Shown here piece after piece: positions 28,726-39,800 of a stretch of 64,000 nt of DNA. The stretch's first letter is position 1. Each line of letters starts with the position of its first letter. The stretch covers positions 1,911-65,910 of the IMG/VR virus record IMGVR_UViG_3300035145_001308, one strand, 5' to 3'. The stretch is from a virus (lineage: Duplodnaviria; Caudoviricetes). Below the pieces are notes generated by a model. That model had not been told where the DNA came from, made no database searches, and saw nothing but the letters and a program-made list of their open reading frames with translations. Position numbers and translations under genes: made by a program.

Positions 28726-31334
28726 GAGCTATTGATAGATTTGAAAGATTTTCACAACCTACACATAATGCCCAGGACTGGCTAAAGAATCATATTTTTG
28801 ACCGTTATCCTGTTATTCATACAGAAGAAGAAATAGGAGACTGGCAAAATAGCACTGATTATGTTTGGCTTGTAGATCCTGATATTCAAATCTATGATAG
28901 TTTTCCTTGGTACTACAAACCTAGAGAAAATGACGAAGTTGCTATACATGCATTTCCTTATGTATTCAAAGAAAGTAGGAAAGTCAAGTCTTGGGAAAAG
29001 GTAAGACTTGTTCCAACAACACCTGGATCATATAAGACTTTAGAACATGCACATATTTGTGGCCATTATGATCCTTATAAGGGCAAAGAAAAGTTTGACA
29101 TCTTTTTTATAGGAAATGACAAAACAGTTCATGATAATCTTATAGACAGAGGCTTTGGTGTTCAAGTTGTTGACAGTATTCAACAAGCACAAGATCAAAG
29201 TTTTAGTGATATGTTTTGGGTTGTATATGATGACACAATCATAAGAAATACATTCAAGTTTAGTTACAAACCAGATGAATGGAGTTACGATATTCCACAT
29301 GTATTTTGTAACGGTGATATGGATAGATTAGATGGTATTGTTCTTATGCCACGTGATTATTATATTTCACAAAAAGAAGCTGAACACAGATTCTTTACAA
29401 ACAAAAAAGAAATACGTATCATGGCAAGCGATCCAAGACCATACGATCAGTTTGTTATTAATACCTATTCAGATTATAAACATGCAATGAATGTTACTAC
29501 TACAGACATGTTTTGGGGATATAGTGACAAGATTATTGTTAACGAAGAGTTCAAGTTTGATTATTATATAAGTCATCATAGCACAGACAAGAAAAGTAAT
29601 CATGCATGGTTAAATGGCAACAAATACGATGGTGTGTTTTTGTTTAGTAAAAAAAGTCCGGTAAGTGAAGAAGAAATTACATTTCGACAACTAAATGAAA
29701 AAATAGATCATGAACAAGTTGCAAGTGTGCCAAAAAACTTTGAACGTTTTACTGTAGAAACCTACGAACAATACTTAGAGGCAGTAAAGTCGTGTGGTAC
29801 AGACATGATGTGGTTAATACCAGACGATGTTGAACCTTGTGAAGATTTTATTTGGGATAGATATTTTCATGAACAAGAAACTATAGATTTATCTACTAAT
29901 CATGTGTTTTTGAACGGGGAAAATTTTGACGGTATTGCATTACTTACTACTGCAATGGAAATAACTGAAAAAGAGTTTGAACATAGATTTTATGTTAATA
30001 AAAAAGAACACAACATTGTTGCAAGTACTCCTAAAAAATATCCTGTGTTTACAATAAACAACTATGAAGATTATACAGAAGCATTGTACAACACACATAC
30101 AGAAATGTTTTGGGGTGTTCCAAGTGACGTAGAAATAAAAGACGACTTTGATTTCAATATTACTTTCAGTCATCAAAATAGATATGACAGAAATATAAAT
30201 CATGTATTTTTAAATAATGAAAACTATGACGGAGTTGTTCTTTATAGTAAGCACGTATTGGTAAGTGAAAAAGAAATAGAGCACAGATTCCTTGTAAAGA
30301 AAAAAGAATGGGACGTTGTTGCAAGTATGCCTAAACAATATCCTATATACACAGTTAATAACTATCAAGATTATTTAGAGGCAAAACAAGATTGTAACAC
30401 AGATATGTTTTGGATTGTAAATGATCATATTTTACCTAGTGCTGATTTTGATTGGAACTTTTATATAAGTCATCATAATCAATATGAACGTAAAATAAAC
30501 CATGTTTGGAAAAACGGAGACTATTACGACGGTGTTGCACTAATAAGTAAAAAACTAAACATTAGTCAGCGTGAAATAGATTATAGATTTTTTGTAACAA
30601 AAAAAGAATATAACGAACAAGCAAGTTTGCCAAAGCCTTATGACATTGTGTTTATTAGTAACGGCGAACCTAATGCAGATGAAAACTATGCAATGCTGTG
30701 TGATAAGTTTCCACGAGCAAAAAGAGTTATGGATATTAAAGGTATTCATGCAGCACATAAACGTGCAGCAGAGCTAGTTGAAACAGAAATGTTTTGGGTT
30801 GTAGACGGCGATGCAGAAATCATTGACGGTTTTGAGTTTGATCATTATGTACCTGCATACGATATTGATGGTAAAGATACTGTGCATGTGTGGCGTAGTT
30901 TTAATCCAGTTAATGGACTTGTTTATGGATATGGTGGCGTCAAACTATTGCCTACTGTTCTTACAAGAAACATGGACGAATCTACTACAGACATGACAAC
31001 TAGTATCAGTGACAAGTTTAAAGGTGTTGACGAAATGAGCAACACAACAGCATTCAACACTGATGCATTTAGTGCATGGCGCAGCGGATTTAGAGAGTGT
31101 TGTAAACTTAGCAGTAGAGTTATTGATAGACAAAAAGATGATGAAACTGAGTTTAGATTAGATGCATGGTGCTCACGTGGTGATGATAAACCTTTTGGCA
31201 AAGCAGCAATCAACGGTGCGATCAATGGAAGAAAGTACGGCGAAGAAAATAAAAACAATCCAGAAGCACTTAGTAAAATTAATGATTTTGATTGGTTGCA
31301 AGAACAGTTTACGCTATTATATCAACAAGTTTGA
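28722..31334 (+). CDS. Multi-repeat glycosyltransferase-like protein (7 tandem GT-A-like units)
   Basis: Units with (T/S)(D/E)MFW...NH(V/A)(F/W).NG..YDG..L...(V/A)AS.PK; last unit complete with MFWVVDGD, YGYGGVKL, AWRSGFRECCKL. Confidence 0.65.
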   Translation: MRAIDRFERFSQPTHNAQDWLKNHIFDRYPVIHTEEEIGDWQNSTDYVWLVDPDIQIYDSFPWYYKPRENDEVAIHAFPYVFKESRKVKSWEKVRLVPTTPGSYKTLEHAHICGHYDPYKGKEKFDIFFIGNDKTVHDNLIDRGFGVQVVDSIQQAQDQSFSDMFWVVYDDTIIRNTFKFSYKPDEWSYDIPHVFCNGDMDRLDGIVLMPRDYYISQKEAEHRFFTNKKEIRIMASDPRPYDQFVINTYSDYKHAMNVTTTDMFWGYSDKIIVNEEFKFDYYISHHSTDKKSNHAWLNGNKYDGVFLFSKKSPVSEEEITFRQLNEKIDHEQVASVPKNFERFTVETYEQYLEAVKSCGTDMMWLIPDDVEPCEDFIWDRYFHEQETIDLSTNHVFLNGENFDGIALLTTAMEITEKEFEHRFYVNKKEHNIVASTPKKYPVFTINNYEDYTEALYNTHTEMFWGVPSDVEIKDDFDFNITFSHQNRYDRNINHVFLNNENYDGVVLYSKHVLVSEKEIEHRFLVKKKEWDVVASMPKQYPIYTVNNYQDYLEAKQDCNTDMFWIVNDHILPSADFDWNFYISHHNQYERKINHVWKNGDYYDGVALISKKLNISQREIDYRFFVTKKEYNEQASLPKPYDIVFISNGEPNADENYAMLCDKFPRAKRVMDIKGIHAAHKRAAELVETEMFWVVDGDAEIIDGFEFDHYVPAYDIDGKDTVHVWRSFNPVNGLVYGYGGVKLLPTVLTRNMDESTTDMTTSISDKFKGVDEMSNTTAFNTDAFSAWRSGFRECCKLSSRVIDRQKDDETEFRLDAWCSRGDDKPFGKAAINGAINGRKYGEENKNNPEALSKINDFDWLQEQFTLLYQQV

Positions 31335-31743
31335 TAACAGTTTCTAACTTTTGCTGATTAGTTTTGCTACGTAATGTATTTGCTAAACCGTTGTGTAATG
31401 GTTTTGGCCAACTACCAAAGTTTACCCATGCATACCCGTTGTGTTCTTCATTAAGTTTTGGAATAAACTCTTTATCTATTACACACAAATAAGTATGAAA
31501 GTGAAAATGTTCGTCACTGCTTATAAAAGTTTCTAATGGTACAGTTTTTTTAATATCAGGAAGTAGCCCAAGTTCTTCTTCTATTTCACGTTGCAAGCCT
31601 TGCCATGGTGTTTCTTTATCTTCATTAGTGCCTCCAACTAATCCCCAAAGATTTTTTGTTTTACTTTTACATCTGTGTAAAAATAAAAAGCGTTTTGTAT
31701 CTAATGTATAAAATAAAGCACCGCTGCAAATGATTTTGTTCAT
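31309..31743 (-). CDS. Nudix hydrolase
   Basis: Nudix box GGTNEDKETPWQGLQREIEEELG. Confidence 0.9.
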   Translation of the reverse strand: MNKIICSGALFYTLDTKRFLFLHRCKSKTKNLWGLVGGTNEDKETPWQGLQREIEEELGLLPDIKKTVPLETFISSDEHFHFHTYLCVIDKEFIPKLNEEHNGYAWVNFGSWPKPLHNGLANTLRSKTNQQKLETVIKLVDIIA

Positions 31744-31756
31744 ATAGTATATTATC

Positions 31757-33469
31757 TTATAATACTATAGTCCATGTTCCTCTTGGATACAATCCATCTA
31801 CTGCACTTTGCCAATAGTAGTTGTTCCAATAAAACTGTTGTCCAGTTGTAACATTAGTAATATATGTGGTAGTATTGTTTGCACTTGCATCCCAAATAAT
31901 GTTCCATTTAGTACCGTCCCATTCACATATATCATTTGCATCAGCAGTAAAATCTGTATTATCAGCATTTTTCCATGCTGCTGCACCGTCTTCGTTAAGA
32001 GAAAGTATGTATTGAACTTTATCGCCAATATCGTAAGATGCATCAAGGATAATAACAAACTTGTCATTTACATTTGAACCTGTTGCAGATACTTCTGTAC
32101 CATTTACCAATACTCTAAAACTAGTAACAGTTTCGTCTCCAACACGACTGCCTAGTGACGCACTTATACTTTGGTCATCGATTAGAAAATCTAAATCAGT
32201 ATCGATACGATTAGTTTTTGTAGTAGCAGTAAACGCTCTATCTACTTTGTAACCTAAAGGTCCAAGTGTTAACACACGTACACCTGGAGTTTTTATATTC
32301 TCAGGATTGAACTTAATAGGATCTACAATATAATCTACAGTGCCAGATGTTGTTACAGGACCTGTGATTATAGTATTACTCGGTAATGTATCTTGATCCC
32401 AAGTAATGTCCATTATAAAACTATCGTTTTCTCTTATTTCAAATGTACCAATAATCTCTGTATTAAGTTCTGCTCTACGCAATCTTATCTGACTAATGTT
32501 TGGTTGATATTTACTTGGAAGTTCTGCTTCTAATACATTTAACCAAGTAATCTCACCTAAACGTAGTTTTCTATTAATAGCAAGTTTTGCAGTTTCGTCT
32601 TCAACAATAATATCAAAGTTTCTATAACTAGTAACTTGTGGATTGCTTAAATCTAATTGTCCGCTTGTAATGCCAACAATAGAACTGTTATTACTATCTT
32701 GTCCAACAATAGTTCCATCTGGCAATACAGTGGTTCCGCTTGCTGCACCTTGATCGCCTGATGTAGGTGGATTAAATCCTTCTAGACTAATAGTACCTGC
32801 TGTTTGATCATACACACTTGTAATAATATCTGTAATAATACCTAACTTTTTAACTTTTGTTGGAGGTGAAACATATATAGGTGCAGTAAAACCTAAAGTA
32901 GCAACATCTATTTCATCTTGTGTTCCTACAGGGATTGTCCTACTACTAAAGTTAATATCTTCTAGATATAAAAATGTTAAACTTGTCCAATCAATATAGT
33001 TGTCATTTGTTTGAAACTCCATGTCTGGATTGAACAACATAAAAATTTGTTCTAGTATTTGTAACTTTTGATCTGTGCTTGTGCTCCAAACATCAACATT
33101 TACTGACAAAGTATATGGAGTAGGATGTAATCTTTCAACCGTATATCCTTTTGCTTGAGCTGCAACGTAACTATTTGTTTCTTGGTCAAACTCTTTTTCA
33201 CGCAGATTTATTTTACTGATGAAACTGCTATCACTAAGTCTTGCTCTATCCATTTGTAGACTTGTGATGTAGACACCCATACGTGGCGCACTAGGTATTT
33301 TATTTTCACTATTTTCTCTAATAATACTTGCAACTTGTCTTGATATATCACCATACATAACTGGCACACGTCTAAGATCTCCGTCGCCGTCTTTGTAGCT
33401 AAAGTTGCTAAATGCCCTAACTATCTGCGTAATATATCTACGTATTTGTCCATCATAAAAAAACTGCAT
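31757..33469 (-). CDS. gp15: Tail terminator/tail completion protein (gp15-like) with C-terminal extension
   Basis: FFYDGQIRRYI.Q..R.FS, VPVMYGD, PRM, PTPYTL, DQKLQILEQI..LFNP. Confidence 0.8.
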   Translation of the reverse strand: MQFFYDGQIRRYITQIVRAFSNFSYKDGDGDLRRVPVMYGDISRQVASIIRENSENKIPSAPRMGVYITSLQMDRARLSDSSFISKINLREKEFDQETNSYVAAQAKGYTVERLHPTPYTLSVNVDVWSTSTDQKLQILEQIFMLFNPDMEFQTNDNYIDWTSLTFLYLEDINFSSRTIPVGTQDEIDVATLGFTAPIYVSPPTKVKKLGIITDIITSVYDQTAGTISLEGFNPPTSGDQGAASGTTVLPDGTIVGQDSNNSSIVGITSGQLDLSNPQVTSYRNFDIIVEDETAKLAINRKLRLGEITWLNVLEAELPSKYQPNISQIRLRRAELNTEIIGTFEIRENDSFIMDITWDQDTLPSNTIITGPVTTSGTVDYIVDPIKFNPENIKTPGVRVLTLGPLGYKVDRAFTATTKTNRIDTDLDFLIDDQSISASLGSRVGDETVTSFRVLVNGTEVSATGSNVNDKFVIILDASYDIGDKVQYILSLNEDGAAAWKNADNTDFTADANDICEWDGTKWNIIWDASANNTTTYITNVTTGQQFYWNNYYWQSAVDGLYPRGTWTIVL

Positions 33470-34623
33470 TAGTTAGTTGCCTTTGCTCTTAATGCTTTAC
33501 TTAGTGCTTGTCTTTCAACTACTTCTTCACCAGATATGGTATTTACATTTGTATTGTTAATAAATGTGCCTTTTAGAGTATCTCTATTGCTATCTGGTGT
33601 TAGTGATGTTCTTACATCGTCTTCTACCTTACGCCAGTTATTACCGTCGTATCTAAATAATCTGTTTGGCAATAAATCAGTCCTTAAAAAGTATTGTCCA
33701 AGGTCTGCACTTGATGGAAAACTTACACCGCTTCCAAAAGGTGCTCCGTTAGGAGGAATACCGTCACCTACAAGATATCCTTGATATCCGTTACCATCAG
33801 GAGTTAAAAACACTGTGTCAGCTGTTATTGTTTCGTCTGATAATAATGTATCATAATCAGCACTTACAATAGCAACTTCACCTAAATCATTGATAGTCAG
33901 AGTATAAAACTGTATTGTACTATATCCACTTTGATTAGCATATGATTCTGCTTGAGCAATAACAGCATCATTGATTTGCATTTCTTTTTCGTATGTGCTG
34001 AGTATATCTCTTAATGTATTATTAGCATCATCCTCTGCAGGTAAATCTAAAATATCTTTGTATTCTTGTGAATCTAGTATTTGTTTTGCACGTATTCTGT
34101 ACAAATGAGGATACCAAGTTTGACTAAATCCTTCTGCTGCTCTTGTTACTTCGTCAACGACATAAAAACGTTTGAGAGCAACAGAATAATCATTTGCTGC
34201 AAACTCGTCTTTCAAATGTGGTAGTTCAAATACATCTCCTGGCATAATCTTTCTACCAAGTGTTTTTACACTGCTATTAATGTGTATTGTCATAAACAAT
34301 GTGTCGTTTTGTAAAAATAAACCAAACTGGCTTAAATCAAAATCTTGGTCCTGAACATTATAATGTCCACGTATTGTATAGATATCTTCATCGTATTTTC
34401 TATCTCTATTTTCTAAAAACAACAAGTCTTGGATATTTGTTTCACTAACAATATTGTTAGCAGGTTGCTCATCAGTAACATTTTCTGTTGCTGTTGCTTT
34501 TGGTCCTAAGTATTTGTGTATCAAAAAATCAGTACCGCCAACTGTAAACTGCTCTAAGATTACTCGGTCTAAGAACTGGAAATCATGTGTTTTTGTTGGT
34601 CTATATAAACTTAAACGTGGCAT
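33469..34623 (-). CDS. gp14: Neck/head-closure protein (gp14-like)
   Basis: IQDLLFLENRDRKYD, FDLSQFGLFL, GRKIMPGDVFELPHL; adjacent to gp15 and divergent from gp13. Confidence 0.75.
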   Translation of the reverse strand: MPRLSLYRPTKTHDFQFLDRVILEQFTVGGTDFLIHKYLGPKATATENVTDEQPANNIVSETNIQDLLFLENRDRKYDEDIYTIRGHYNVQDQDFDLSQFGLFLQNDTLFMTIHINSSVKTLGRKIMPGDVFELPHLKDEFAANDYSVALKRFYVVDEVTRAAEGFSQTWYPHLYRIRAKQILDSQEYKDILDLPAEDDANNTLRDILSTYEKEMQINDAVIAQAESYANQSGYSTIQFYTLTINDLGEVAIVSADYDTLLSDETITADTVFLTPDGNGYQGYLVGDGIPPNGAPFGSGVSFPSSADLGQYFLRTDLLPNRLFRYDGNNWRKVEDDVRTSLTPDSNRDTLKGTFINNTNVNTISGEEVVERQALSKALRAKATN

Positions 34624-34628
34624 AGTTA

Positions 34629-34647
34629 TATTTATCGCCGATAAATA
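34629..34647. promoter_or_regulatory. Back-to-back (palindromic) late promoters for gp14 and gp13
   Basis: TATTTATC-GCC-GATAAATA in a 41-bp divergent intergenic gap. Confidence 0.8.
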
Positions 34648-34664
34648 CTATTGGAGAACAATCA

Positions 34665-35429
34665 ATGGATAGCAATCTAGCAACACAAAAACAACACATA
34701 TTTGATTACGTAAATGCTTTCTTAGGCGGAGGCATGATTGATGTAGAACTTGATCCAATGCACTATGAGACTGCCTTAATGAAATCATTAAGCAAATACA
34801 GACAACGTAGTGAAAATAGTGTTGAAGAAAGTTATGTAACAATGAAAATCAATGAGAATCTCAATGAATATACATTGCCTCATGAAATCATTGAAGTACG
34901 TAAAATCTATAGACGCAGCATAGGCAGTAGACTAGGCGGTAGTGCAGATGGTGGTAGTTTGTTTGAACCGTTTAACTTAGCATATACAAATACCTATTTG
35001 TTAGCAGGTAGCGGTATTGGTGGTCTTGCAACGTATGATTTCTTTTCACAACAACAAGAACTTGTAGGACGTATGTTTGGTAGCTTTATCGAATTCACGT
35101 GGAACACAAGCACAAAGAAACTAACTATATTACAGCGTCCGAGAGCAGAAGAAGAAGTGTTGCTTTGGTGCTACAACTATAGACCAGATTTTGAAGTGTT
35201 TAATGATTACAAGGCAGTGCAGTGGATCAAAGATTATACTCTAGCAAACTGTAAATACATGCTCGGCGAAGCACGTAGTAAGTTTGCAACCATAGCTGGT
35301 CCAGGTGGTGGTACAACACTCAATGGAGATGCTCTAAAGTCTGAAGCTCAAATGGAGATGGAAAAACTTGAAAAAGATCTTGATTTAGCAGCAGCGGGCG
35401 GAGTAGGCTATGGGTTCTTGATTGGATAA
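34665..35429 (+). CDS. gp13: Neck protein (gp13-like)
   Basis: LGGGMIDVELD, WIKDYTLA.CK..LGEARSKF..I.GPGGGTTLNG..LK.EA..E. Confidence 0.85.
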   Translation: MDSNLATQKQHIFDYVNAFLGGGMIDVELDPMHYETALMKSLSKYRQRSENSVEESYVTMKINENLNEYTLPHEIIEVRKIYRRSIGSRLGGSADGGSLFEPFNLAYTNTYLLAGSGIGGLATYDFFSQQQELVGRMFGSFIEFTWNTSTKKLTILQRPRAEEEVLLWCYNYRPDFEVFNDYKAVQWIKDYTLANCKYMLGEARSKFATIAGPGGGTTLNGDALKSEAQMEMEKLEKDLDLAAAGGVGYGFLIG

Positions 35430-36234
35430 TGTAAAAAAACTTATTGTAGGAGGATGTAGTTTTACAGCTGGAGATGAACTAGCTGACTACAACGATGACT
35501 TGCCAACACAAGGCATTATACGTCCAAGGAGCAACAGCACTTGGGCTAACTGTTTGCAACGTGAACTTTTTCCAAACGCAACAGTTGATAATACTGCAAT
35601 ATCAGGTTGTGACTTTGGCGCAATAGTAAGACGAGTTATATATCAAACTAGAAGAGCAATGCACGTTTGGCCTGCAGAAGATATCCGTGTTGCAGTCATG
35701 TGGACAAGTATAATACGTAGAGAATATCCTAGCATATATCCAGATGGTCATAAAATAAACGACGACGAAGATAGATTTCTATATTCTTTGCCTTCGGACG
35801 GAGACGGTGTAACATTAGGTCCTAATGGTAGCTGGATGGTAGCACGTAGAAGAAAATGGGCAGCAGAGAAACTTGTTAGAACACATGTTGAGTTTTATTC
35901 AAGACGAGCAACAGCAGATAATCATATCTATTATCCATTACAACAACTAGAATACTTGACCAGTTGGCTAAAAGCAAACAATATAAAGTTTTATTATACA
36001 GCAGCATTTGATGATTTGTTACGAGTAAAGCCGCATCCTGATAATATATTCTATAATGATATGTTTGCAAGATTAAATATTCCAAAACTTGTATATCTAA
36101 AAGACGGAACAGGATTCTGGGAATATTCTAAAGAAAACGGTTATCCATGTGGCGATTTTGCTGACCATCCGTTAGAACAAGCTCATATAGATTGGGCAAA
36201 AGATTTTGCAAAATGGATCTTGACAAAGCAGTAA
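35422..36234 (+). CDS. SGNH/GDSL hydrolase-like protein
   Basis: N-terminal GCSFTAG (GDS-like), N.AISG, C-terminal DHP...H; TTG start is uncertain. Confidence 0.55.
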   Translation: MDNVKKLIVGGCSFTAGDELADYNDDLPTQGIIRPRSNSTWANCLQRELFPNATVDNTAISGCDFGAIVRRVIYQTRRAMHVWPAEDIRVAVMWTSIIRREYPSIYPDGHKINDDEDRFLYSLPSDGDGVTLGPNGSWMVARRRKWAAEKLVRTHVEFYSRRATADNHIYYPLQQLEYLTSWLKANNIKFYYTAAFDDLLRVKPHPDNIFYNDMFARLNIPKLVYLKDGTGFWEYSKENGYPCGDFADHPLEQAHIDWAKDFAKWILTKQ

Positions 36235-36248
36235 AAAAATGTTATTTT
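36220..36248 (+). promoter_or_regulatory. Sigma70-type promoter for the dNMP kinase gene (leaderless spacing)
   Basis: TTGACA, 17 bp spacer, TATTTT; ATG 5 nt downstream. Confidence 0.5.
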
Positions 36249-36253
36249 AAATA

Positions 36254-36772
36254 ATGAATAAAAAGAAGCTGTTGGTAATCGGACATGGCAGGCACGGTAA
36301 AGATACTGTCTGCGAAATACTTAGAGACAAGTACGGATATAGTTTTGAAAGCAGCAGTGCTTTCTGTTCAAAACTTTTCATTTATGATTTGTTAAAAAAG
36401 AAGTACAACTATGATACTGAAGAACAGTGCTATGCTGATAGACACAATCATAGGACTGAATGGTATAATGCTATAAGCGACATGAACAAACGTGATGCTG
36501 CTACATTAGGCAGAGCTATCTTTAATGAGCATGATATTTACTGCGGACTAAGGAACAAACGTGAATATTTTGCAATGCGAAACACAAATGTTTTTGATTA
36601 TGCTATTTGGGTAGACCGCAGCGACTACTTACCCAAAGAGCCAGTAGAAAGTATGACACTAGAACCTTGGATGGCTGACTTTTATATAGACAATAATGGC
36701 ACACTTAAAGACTTAGAGTTTTGGGTAGATGAACTGTATAAAGGCAAGTTAACTACGCATATAACCCCTTAA
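36254..36772 (+). CDS. Deoxynucleoside monophosphate kinase (T4 gp1-like P-loop kinase)
   Basis: IGHGRHGKDT P-loop, GLRN.RE, IWVDR, IDNNGTL.DL. Confidence 0.8.
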   Translation: MNKKKLLVIGHGRHGKDTVCEILRDKYGYSFESSSAFCSKLFIYDLLKKKYNYDTEEQCYADRHNHRTEWYNAISDMNKRDAATLGRAIFNEHDIYCGLRNKREYFAMRNTNVFDYAIWVDRSDYLPKEPVESMTLEPWMADFYIDNNGTLKDLEFWVDELYKGKLTTHITP

Positions 36773-36836
36773 AACCGCTATTTTCACCTAGATCTGCTAA
36801 ATAATACAGTAAAGCATTTTTATAGGAGAAAAGAAA

Positions 36837-39800
36837 ATGGCATTAACATCACCAGGTGTAGAGGTCAGCGTTATTGACGAGAGTTTTTATACTCCAGCAG
36901 AACCAGGCACAGTACCGATTATATTTGTCGCTACAAGCGAAAATAAAACTAATGGCGCAGGAACTGGTATCGCACCAGGTACAACTAAAGCCAAAGCAGG
37001 TGTCCCATATCTACTAACATCACAAAGAGATCTTGTAGATACTTTTGGAGATCCTGCATTTTATACAGACGCAAACAACAATCCAATCCATGGCGGAGAA
37101 CAAAACGAATATGGATTGCAGGCAGCATACAGTTACTTAGGAGTAGCTAACAGAGCGTATGTTGTAAGAGCAGATATTGATTTAGGTGCATTGAACGCAA
37201 GTGCAGATGCAACTACAGCAAATCCAGCAGACGGCACATATTGGCTAGACACTGGTAACTCAAAATACGGTATTTTTGAATGGGATGGAAGTGCTCTATC
37301 AACAACAAATACCACAGGACAACAATTCACTAACAAAACTCCTATTGTTATTACAAGTAAAACTAACACAGCAAGTAGCTCACCTTTTGCTCCAAAAGCA
37401 GCAGTAGGTGGCATTGGTGATTATGCTATTACTGCGGTTTCAACTGTGATCCGTTTATGGTACAAAAACAGTTCAGGCACATGGGTACAAGTTGGTAGTG
37501 CAGACTGGAAAAACAGTTGGCCAACAGTAACAGGCACAGCAGCAACACCAACATTTACTGCAAGTGATAGTATTACATTTGTGAATGCTGCTACATCATT
37601 AAACGCAACAGTAACATTGTCGGGTACAGCATTGGCAACTGTTGTTAGTGATATCAATACAGCATTAACAGGCACCGGTATTACAGCAGCAGCGGTAAAC
37701 AATAAGTTAGAAATTAAAAATAACGGAAGTAACCATCCTAAGTTTACTATTGGTAATGGAGTTGGTACACCATTAACAGACGCAGGTATCACTGCTGATG
37801 AGTATCATACCCCAACATTACAAGCAAGTGCGCACACAAGCGTTCCTGCATTTAAAGATACTGATGCAGATCCAAAACCAACAGGTAGCATCTGGGTCAA
37901 AACAACTTCACCAAACGCTGGTGCAAATTGGAAAGTAAAAGAATGGAATGGTGCTACAGGACTTTGGGATACAATCGCAGCACCTATCTATTCAACAACA
38001 CAAGATGCATTATTAGGATTAGATAAGTCAGGCGGCGGCGCGAACTTAACAACTGATAATCTATTTGTAATGACAAATGTTTCTGAAGCAGATACAAATG
38101 TAGGCGATTTTACAATCTACAAGCGTAATACCTCAGGCGCAACAGCAATCACAAGTGCTATTATTACAGCAAGCACATTTACATCAGGCACAGGTGATTT
38201 CACAATCAGTGAAACAGTAAAAGGCAGTGCAACACTAAGCACACCAGTAAACGTTTCATTTGCTCCAACAGGTGCAACAACAGATGCTGATGTACTTGCA
38301 GGTGCAATCAACACAGCAGGTTTAACTAATGTAACAGCAAGTGTTGATGCAGCAAACAAAGTTGTCATTACACACGCACTAGGCGGCGATATTAGATTTG
38401 TTGACACAAACACAAAACTAGCAAATGCGTTTACTGCATTTGACTATACAACCAGCACAGGAACTGCAAACTTCTATGATGCACCAGATGCTGCACCAAA
38501 TGAATATATTGCAACACTTTGGAAAGAGTTGACATACACAGCAAGTGCAAGTGCTCCTACAGCATTAGCCGCAGATGGCGCACTATGGTATAGCAGCACA
38601 GTTGATGAAATCGACATCATGGTACATGACGGTACAACATGGAAGGGTTATCTAAATGAGTATGCAAGTTCAGACCCAGAAGGTCCTATTGTAAGTGCTA
38701 CAGAACCAACTGAACAATCAGATGGTAGCGCACTTGTCACAGGAGATTTATGGATAAGCACAGCAGATTTAGAAAACTTCCCATTAATCTACAGATACAA
38801 TTCAACATTATCAAGTTGGGTGGCACTAGATACTACAGACCAAACAACTGAAAATGGTGTACTATTTGCAGATGCACGTTGGAGCACAGATGGCGGTACT
38901 GCAACTGCACACGAAGCAGGAAGTATTGTAGACTTGTTATCAAGTGATTTCCTTGATCCAGATGCTCCAGATCCAGCACTTTATCCAAAAGGCATGTTGC
39001 TATGGAACTTGCGTAGAAGTGGATTCAATGTAAAACGTTTTGAGCGTAACTATATTGACTTAACTGATACAAATGCTCGTGCAGGAGATGCTAGTATGGC
39101 AGCATATTATCCACATCGTTGGGTAACAGAGTCAGGCAACCAAGCAGACGGCACAGGCAGTTTTGGACGTAAAGCGCAACGTAAAGTTGTTATCCAAGCA
39201 TTGCAATCACTAGTAAATAGCAATGAAGATATCCGTGATGATGAATCACGTATCTTTAACTTGATTGCAACTCCAGGTTATCCAGAACTTATTGGCGAAA
39301 TGGTTACACTAAACTATGATAGAGGCTTAACAGCATTTGTTGTAGGTGACACACCAATGCGTTTGACACCAGATGCTACATCATTAAACGAATGGGCAAC
39401 TAACGTTGCAGTGGCTACCGAAGATAACGATGACGGACTTGTAACAAGTGACGAATACTTGGGTGTTTATTATCCAAGTGGTTTCACAAGTGACAATGCA
39501 GGTAACAATGTTGTTGTTCCAGCTTCGCACATGGTACTACGCACTATTGCACTTAATGACCAAGTTGCTTATCCATGGTTTGCACCAGCAGGTACAAGAC
39601 GTGGTGGCGTAACTAACGCAACATCAACAGGTTATATTAACAACGAAGGCGAGTTTGTTGCAGCAGCATTAAACGAAGGTCAAAGAGATACACTGTATCA
39701 AAACAACGTTAACCCAATCACGTTCCTAACAGGAGCAGGTTTAGTTGTATTTGGACAGAAAACTCGTGCAAGAAATGCAAGTTCTCTAGACAGAGTAAAT

